A DNA stretch of 64,000 bases from an uncultured Poribacteria bacterium (GTDB lineage Bacteria; Poribacteria; WGA-4E; WGA-3G): contig OX638351.1 in the NCBI GenBank assembly GCA_951813565.1, positions 2,144,001 through 2,208,000 of the forward strand, given 5' to 3'. A program made the position numbers and the translations under genes. The notes under the pieces are model-generated. The model was given only the letters and a program-made list of their open reading frames with translations. It had not been told where the DNA came from and ran no database searches. Below are positions 59,014-64,000 of this stretch, piece by piece (within the stretch, counting starts at the first letter, position 1; the number at the start of each line of letters is the position of its first letter).

Positions 59014-60711
59014 TTGAAAAAATACCGGTATTGGACACAACTGCTCTGTATCATAGCAGGCTTGATTTTCATCAGTATTAACGGATTTTCAAAAGACATA
59101 GAGTTCGACGAACTACCTAAAGCTATACAGAAAATCGCTTTGCGTGAAATTGGAGACTTATCAATTGACGATGTTGACAGGGAAAAGGACGATGGAGAGA
59201 TTATCTATGATATAGAAGCGGAAGGAGATGGAATTAGAATTGAACTTGAGATTGCAGAAGATGGCACAATCAAGGAAAGAGATATTAACGAAGAAATTTC
59301 TTTTTCTGAACTCCCAATACCTGTCCAAGATACAGTTCGTCGCCACGTTGGAGCGTTGGAAATAGATGACGTGGAACGAAAAACGGAACTCGGTAAAGGT
59401 GTTTTTTACGATATTGAGGCTGATGATATGGGTGTTGAAATTGACCTGGAGATCGCCCATGACGGAACTTTGATAGATAAGGATATGAGTGATCCTATTG
59501 AGCTTAGAGTGGAGTTGGTAGCGAAATCTAAATTACCAACACTTGAAGATATATCGCCTTATAGAGAAGCACTTGTCTTTTATGAGTACAGGCTCAAGAA
59601 GCGACTTGATGGCGAATTCAAGGGCAAAAAACTGCGGGTTGCACATTGGGCAATTTACGATAATCAACCGCAGCCAATTGGCAAAGCTAAAATTGGATCA
59701 TCACAGGAATTAGAGCTCTATCCTTACCAACAGTTCAAAGAACTTGAAAGCCTCTATACCAGTGATACGCTTGAATTAGACCCTGACATACCACTCTATC
59801 ACGATATTGGACAGAAAATCCTTGAAGACCAGTCTATTGAAGACCGGTTTGACTACGACTCTATTCTCTCCGAAAAGATGCCGGTTTTCTGGCAACTAAA
59901 AGATCAACTTAAACTTGTTGCTCTGGGTGACTCAAGATGCGAATCAGGTATTCAAGCAGAACTGTTTTACGGTGCCGAAAATCGTAGAACTCCGGTAGCA
60001 TACAACCTCGCAATTTCAGGCGGTTCGCTGGAGTTTCAGACAACTTTTGTTGATGAATATCTTTTGAAAATGTCCAACTTGGAGTGGGTGGTTTATCAAC
60101 TGTCACCGCGTGTCGTTAACCGACACTTTGAGAGATCGTCCGAGAGGGAATTGTTGAAAAGCGACGGTTTTGAATTTGACCAGAAACATGCTAAGTCACT
60201 TTGGCGTAGATCCGAAACGGATGGCAAGAAAAAAACGGTAACCGAAATCTCGGCAACCCCTTATGCGGGAGCATATTGGTCTGAACGTCCATGGGGATGG
60301 AAATATAGAAATGATGTTTGGCAAAATCCTGAAACCGATGACTTCAAGAAGCGGTGGGAAATCTCTGAGAAACGGTGGGACCGTCTTGAAGCAATGATCG
60401 ATGCACTAAACGGACGGGATGTTAAGATATTGCTATATCTATCCCCTTTCCATCCAATTATGCAAGGCGAACCTGTTGTGGACGATGATGGTACTACGCA
60501 GAAAGGGTATCGGGAACTGATTGATCGGTTGCGAAAGATGGAGAAACAGTTTCCAAATCTTGTCTTCGTTGATTTAATTCAAGGTGGAAATCACGATTTT
60601 GCTCCAGAGATGTTCAAAGATCTTGACCACCTGAATGCGCGTGGGGCTACAAAGTTGACACAGGAGCTTGAAAAAGTTCGGCAACGCAACACAAAAAAAC
60701 GCCGTAAATGA
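59014..60711 (+). CDS. Secreted PepSY-like repeats + SGNH-like domain protein
   Basis: Two FxELP..Q..DDV.R...YDIEA..EIAxDGT repeats; LGDSR and DLDHLN. Confidence 0.65.
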   Translation: MKKYRYWTQLLCIIAGLIFISINGFSKDIEFDELPKAIQKIALREIGDLSIDDVDREKDDGEIIYDIEAEGDGIRIELEIAEDGTIKERDINEEISFSELPIPVQDTVRRHVGALEIDDVERKTELGKGVFYDIEADDMGVEIDLEIAHDGTLIDKDMSDPIELRVELVAKSKLPTLEDISPYREALVFYEYRLKKRLDGEFKGKKLRVAHWAIYDNQPQPIGKAKIGSSQELELYPYQQFKELESLYTSDTLELDPDIPLYHDIGQKILEDQSIEDRFDYDSILSEKMPVFWQLKDQLKLVALGDSRCESGIQAELFYGAENRRTPVAYNLAISGGSLEFQTTFVDEYLLKMSNLEWVVYQLSPRVVNRHFERSSERELLKSDGFEFDQKHAKSLWRRSETDGKKKTVTEISATPYAGAYWSERPWGWKYRNDVWQNPETDDFKKRWEISEKRWDRLEAMIDALNGRDVKILLYLSPFHPIMQGEPVVDDDGTTQKGYRELIDRLRKMEKQFPNLVFVDLIQGGNHDFAPEMFKDLDHLNARGATKLTQELEKVRQRNTKKRRK

Positions 60712-60735
60712 AGATAGACTAAAAAGGAATTTCGT

Positions 60736-62139
60736 ATGGTTTTCAGTTCGCATATCTTCGTCTATTACTTCCTCCCGATTGCGCTCCTAAGCTACTACCT
60801 ATTCCCTCGTCAAGCGAAGCATTTTGGACTAACACTCCTGAGTTACCTGTTTTACGGTTGGGCAAACCCTCCCTTTGCGTTACTGATGTTTGCCTCAACG
60901 GTAATTGACTATACGTGTGGGCACGTCATTTCAAGAAGTGAACATCACCGTAAGCGAAGACTCGCACTGACAATCTCCATCTGTTCCAATCTATCCCTTT
61001 TAGGGTTTTTCAAATACTTCAATTTCGGTATTTCAAACTTTAATGCTATTCTGGGATGGTTGGGGTTACCGATATGGGAAAGCGTGCTTCAGGTTGTACT
61101 CCCTCTCGGAATCAGCTTCTACACCTTCCAATCAATGAGTTACACGATAGATGTCTATCGTGGTGATGCTAAAGCGATTCGGAATTTTATTGATTTTGCT
61201 TGTTATGTGTCAATGTTTCCGCAACTCGTTGCGGGTCCAATAATTCGGTTTTCAGAGGTAGCCGATCAACTAAAGCAACGTAAGCACACGTTGCAAAAAT
61301 TCGCCCGTGGAATCGCTTTCTTCTCGTTAGGAATGGCAAAAAAGGTTTTATTAGCCAACCCCTGCGGCAAATGCGCTGACACAGTGTTTGACGCGGGTAT
61401 AGTCAGCACACTTGATGCTTGGTATGGCACAATCGCTTACGCCTTTCAAATCTATTTCGATTTCAGCGGTTATTCCGACATGGCAATCGGCTTGGGATTA
61501 ATGTTGGGATTTACGTTTCCCAAAAACTTTGATTCCCCTTATCATTCGGAATCTATTACGGAGTTTTGGCGCAAATGGCACATTTCGCTTTCCAGTTGGT
61601 TGCGTGACTATCTCTATATTCCACTTGGTGGAAACCGTCGGGGACAGACGCGAACTTATGTCAATTTAGCACTTGTGATGTTGCTTGGCGGTTTGTGGCA
61701 CGGCGCATCGTGGAATTTTATCATCTGGGGTGGAATTCATGGCGGTATGCTGGCACTTGAACGGAATCGAGGAAAAACAAGTTACTACAATTCTCTACCG
61801 AAACTATTACGAGTCACAGCAACGTTCCTACTTGTGCTAATCACATGGGTTTTCTTTCGGGCAGGTGGCTTGACACATGCCCTAACATACTTGCGATGTA
61901 TGTTTAGCAGTGCTAACGTCCAACCAGCCACCGATTTAATTGCAGGGATTCTGTATCAACCTTACTACTTGTTAACAATGGGTATTGCGGGAATTATCGT
62001 CTGGGGTTTTCCACAGACATGGGAGTGGACACAAAAATTGACACCTATCCGAATGGGTGTGTGTTTTCTGCTATTCTTACTCTCACTTGCTGTTTTGTCA
62101 ACACAGGCGTATAACCCATTTATCTATTTCATTTTTTAG
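60736..62139 (+). CDS. algI: AlgI/DltB-like MBOAT O-acyltransferase
   Basis: LPLGISFYTFQ, FPQLVAGPI, DFSGYSDMAIG, FWRKWHISLS, GLWHGA. Confidence 0.9.
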   Translation: MVFSSHIFVYYFLPIALLSYYLFPRQAKHFGLTLLSYLFYGWANPPFALLMFASTVIDYTCGHVISRSEHHRKRRLALTISICSNLSLLGFFKYFNFGISNFNAILGWLGLPIWESVLQVVLPLGISFYTFQSMSYTIDVYRGDAKAIRNFIDFACYVSMFPQLVAGPIIRFSEVADQLKQRKHTLQKFARGIAFFSLGMAKKVLLANPCGKCADTVFDAGIVSTLDAWYGTIAYAFQIYFDFSGYSDMAIGLGLMLGFTFPKNFDSPYHSESITEFWRKWHISLSSWLRDYLYIPLGGNRRGQTRTYVNLALVMLLGGLWHGASWNFIIWGGIHGGMLALERNRGKTSYYNSLPKLLRVTATFLLVLITWVFFRAGGLTHALTYLRCMFSSANVQPATDLIAGILYQPYYLLTMGIAGIIVWGFPQTWEWTQKLTPIRMGVCFLLFLLSLAVLSTQAYNPFIYFIF

Positions 62140-62141
62140 AT

Positions 62142-63716
62142 ATGCAAAACTTAGCTGAACACCGCAGAGAAACAGCCGAAAAAGAACTCGGCAGCACATT
62201 TGTAAAACGAAACGTGTGCATAATCAGTCTTATCATTTTCAGCGTGGTACTCCTATCAGTGCCTATATGTCAGTTTATCTCAGAAATTCAACGTGGCAAG
62301 TCTCCTTATGTCTTTAGTGCTGTTGAACTGTTATCCGAACCTAAGCGCGAAGCCATTGAGAAGTTTGAGGACGCATTAGAAGAAAAATCCGTACTTACCA
62401 ATTGGTTGCTGCCGAATGTGCAAACAATTTTGACAGATTCGCTGCGCACAGGTAACGAACAGGCATATCTGGGGCGTGATGGGTGGTTGTTCTACCGTGC
62501 CGATATAGACTCGCTAATCATTGATAAAAGTCCTATCCTACACGAACCGCGTAGAGCAGTTTATTCTAATGATGCACTTAAAGCGATAATTGATTTCAAA
62601 CGGCAGTTAGCGGAGCGTAACATCACACTCATTGTTATGCCCACACCTGTTAAACCGACGATTCATCCAGAGAAGTTCTCAGTACGCCACCAAAATCCTA
62701 CCGCACCGGTACACAATCCAATCTATGCAAAATTTCTTGAGGCACTTACATCAAATGGTGTTTCAGTATATGATCCGTCCGGATTTCTCTTTGAAGCTGC
62801 CAAAGAAAATACGCAGTTTCTCAAAACAGATACACATTGGAAGCCAGAAGCAATGGAACGCGTTGCGAAAAATCTTGCGGCGTTCATAACAGAACGTGTT
62901 AAATTTGCCAATGCTCCAACTTCTGCCTATACCAAAACTGCAACCGAAATCACAAACTTAGGGGACATCGCAAAAATGCTAAACCTGCGGGAATTCCACA
63001 GCTTGTTTCCCCCGGAACACGTCACAACCTCTGCTATCCGTACCCAATCGGGAGAGCCATGGCAACCTGACCGTAATGCAGAAATTCTGTTTCTTGGAGA
63101 CAGTTTTAGCAATATATACTCACTTGCTGGCATGGGATGGGGAGAATCGGCAGGTTTTGTAGAGCATCTCAGCACAGAATTATCGCGACCGATTGATAAA
63201 ATCGTCATTAACGATGGCGGCGCGCTTGCTACCCGTCAAACGCTTGTGCAGGCGCCTAATCGTCTCGCTGGTAAACGTGTCTTCGTCTATCAATTCGCAA
63301 CGCGGGAACTCTTTTCTCGTAACTGGAAACAACTGCCGATTCCACCAATCCAGTCCACATCCGAAGATAAGGTAGCAAAACCAACGCCAATGGATAAAGA
63401 GATAACCATTACCGCTTCTATCAAAGACAAAACAGACCCACCTGCCCCCGGTAGTGTGCCATATTCTGAATGTATCATTGCGCTTCACCTTGAAAATACC
63501 AAAACACTTGAGCTGCCAGAAGAACTCGTTGTGTTCATGTGGGGCATGCGTGAAAACAGATGGACAGATGCCGCTACCTTTAAAATCGGACAGAATGTGA
63601 AATTGCGCCTCCGACCTTGGGATTCGGTTCAGGCAGACTACGGCAGCTACAACCGTATAGAATTGGAAAATGAAAATGTATGGTTATTAGATGTCTATTG
63701 GGGAGAAATACCGTGA
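62142..63716 (+). CDS. AlgJ/AlgX-like SGNH O-acetyltransferase with C-terminal extra domain
   Basis: GRDGWLFY, PVKP, KTDTHW, LGDSFS. Confidence 0.85.
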   Translation: MQNLAEHRRETAEKELGSTFVKRNVCIISLIIFSVVLLSVPICQFISEIQRGKSPYVFSAVELLSEPKREAIEKFEDALEEKSVLTNWLLPNVQTILTDSLRTGNEQAYLGRDGWLFYRADIDSLIIDKSPILHEPRRAVYSNDALKAIIDFKRQLAERNITLIVMPTPVKPTIHPEKFSVRHQNPTAPVHNPIYAKFLEALTSNGVSVYDPSGFLFEAAKENTQFLKTDTHWKPEAMERVAKNLAAFITERVKFANAPTSAYTKTATEITNLGDIAKMLNLREFHSLFPPEHVTTSAIRTQSGEPWQPDRNAEILFLGDSFSNIYSLAGMGWGESAGFVEHLSTELSRPIDKIVINDGGALATRQTLVQAPNRLAGKRVFVYQFATRELFSRNWKQLPIPPIQSTSEDKVAKPTPMDKEITITASIKDKTDPPAPGSVPYSECIIALHLENTKTLELPEELVVFMWGMRENRWTDAATFKIGQNVKLRLRPWDSVQADYGSYNRIELENENVWLLDVYWGEIP

Positions 63717-64000
63717 GGATTGTAAACACAAAGAATTTGCTATTGTTTATTCTATCCGTTTTTGTCTTAGTAGAAGGGATTTATAATCCTGATTTCACAT
63801 TTGCCGCACCGGACCTTCTTATTCAATCGCTGGCTGAAAAAGTTGCGGAGGCAGAAACACAAGAAACATCGGTTGTAAAAGGAAAAGAAGGATGGTTATT
63901 TTTTGCTCCTGAACTGCGTCATCTGAGCGTTGGACAATTTTGGGGAGATGCAGCGAAGAAGGTTAGTCGTGCATCAAACTCAGAGTTTGCCGACCCATTA
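63713..64000 (+). CDS. Second AlgJ/AlgX-like protein, partial (runs off the window)
   Basis: GTG overlapping the previous stop; signal/anchor; VVKGKEGWLFF. Confidence 0.65.
   Translation, partial: MRIVNTKNLLLFILSVFVLVEGIYNPDFTFAAPDLLIQSLAEKVAEAETQETSVVKGKEGWLFFAPELRHLSVGQFWGDAAKKVSRASNSEFADPL

Overview
Gene-dense bacterial chromosome segment. Its style suggests Candidatus Poribacteria (inference): secreted LamG/ConA-type proteins ending in a V-x-[PV]-x-[GD]-K-[LV]-x3-W-[GA]-x-[IL]-K tail, an ECF-sigma/beta-propeller fusion, and sulfatase, PhyH and PmoA-like families. Housekeeping genes include accA, tsaE, tenA, aroA and smpB-ssrA. Three IS elements are present. (i) An IS607 whose TnpB has Fanzor2/pro-Fanzor-type RuvC motifs and whose reading frame stays open across almost all of tnpA. 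(ii) An apparently intact IS605 (Y1 tnpA + tnpB) about 330 bp further on. (iii) An IS1595 with perfect 26-bp inverted repeats. The window also holds two probable type II restriction-modification loci (one with a HEAT-repeat-fused methyltransferase), a putative stand-alone Rad52-like annealing protein, a paralog array with a Cys-less C39-like domain, a YqiJ/flotillin pair and an MBOAT/SGNH acylation operon running off the right end. Many GTAG-type REP hairpins, MITE-like cassettes and gene relics are scattered through the intergenic space. All assignments come from motif recognition by eye; no searches were run.
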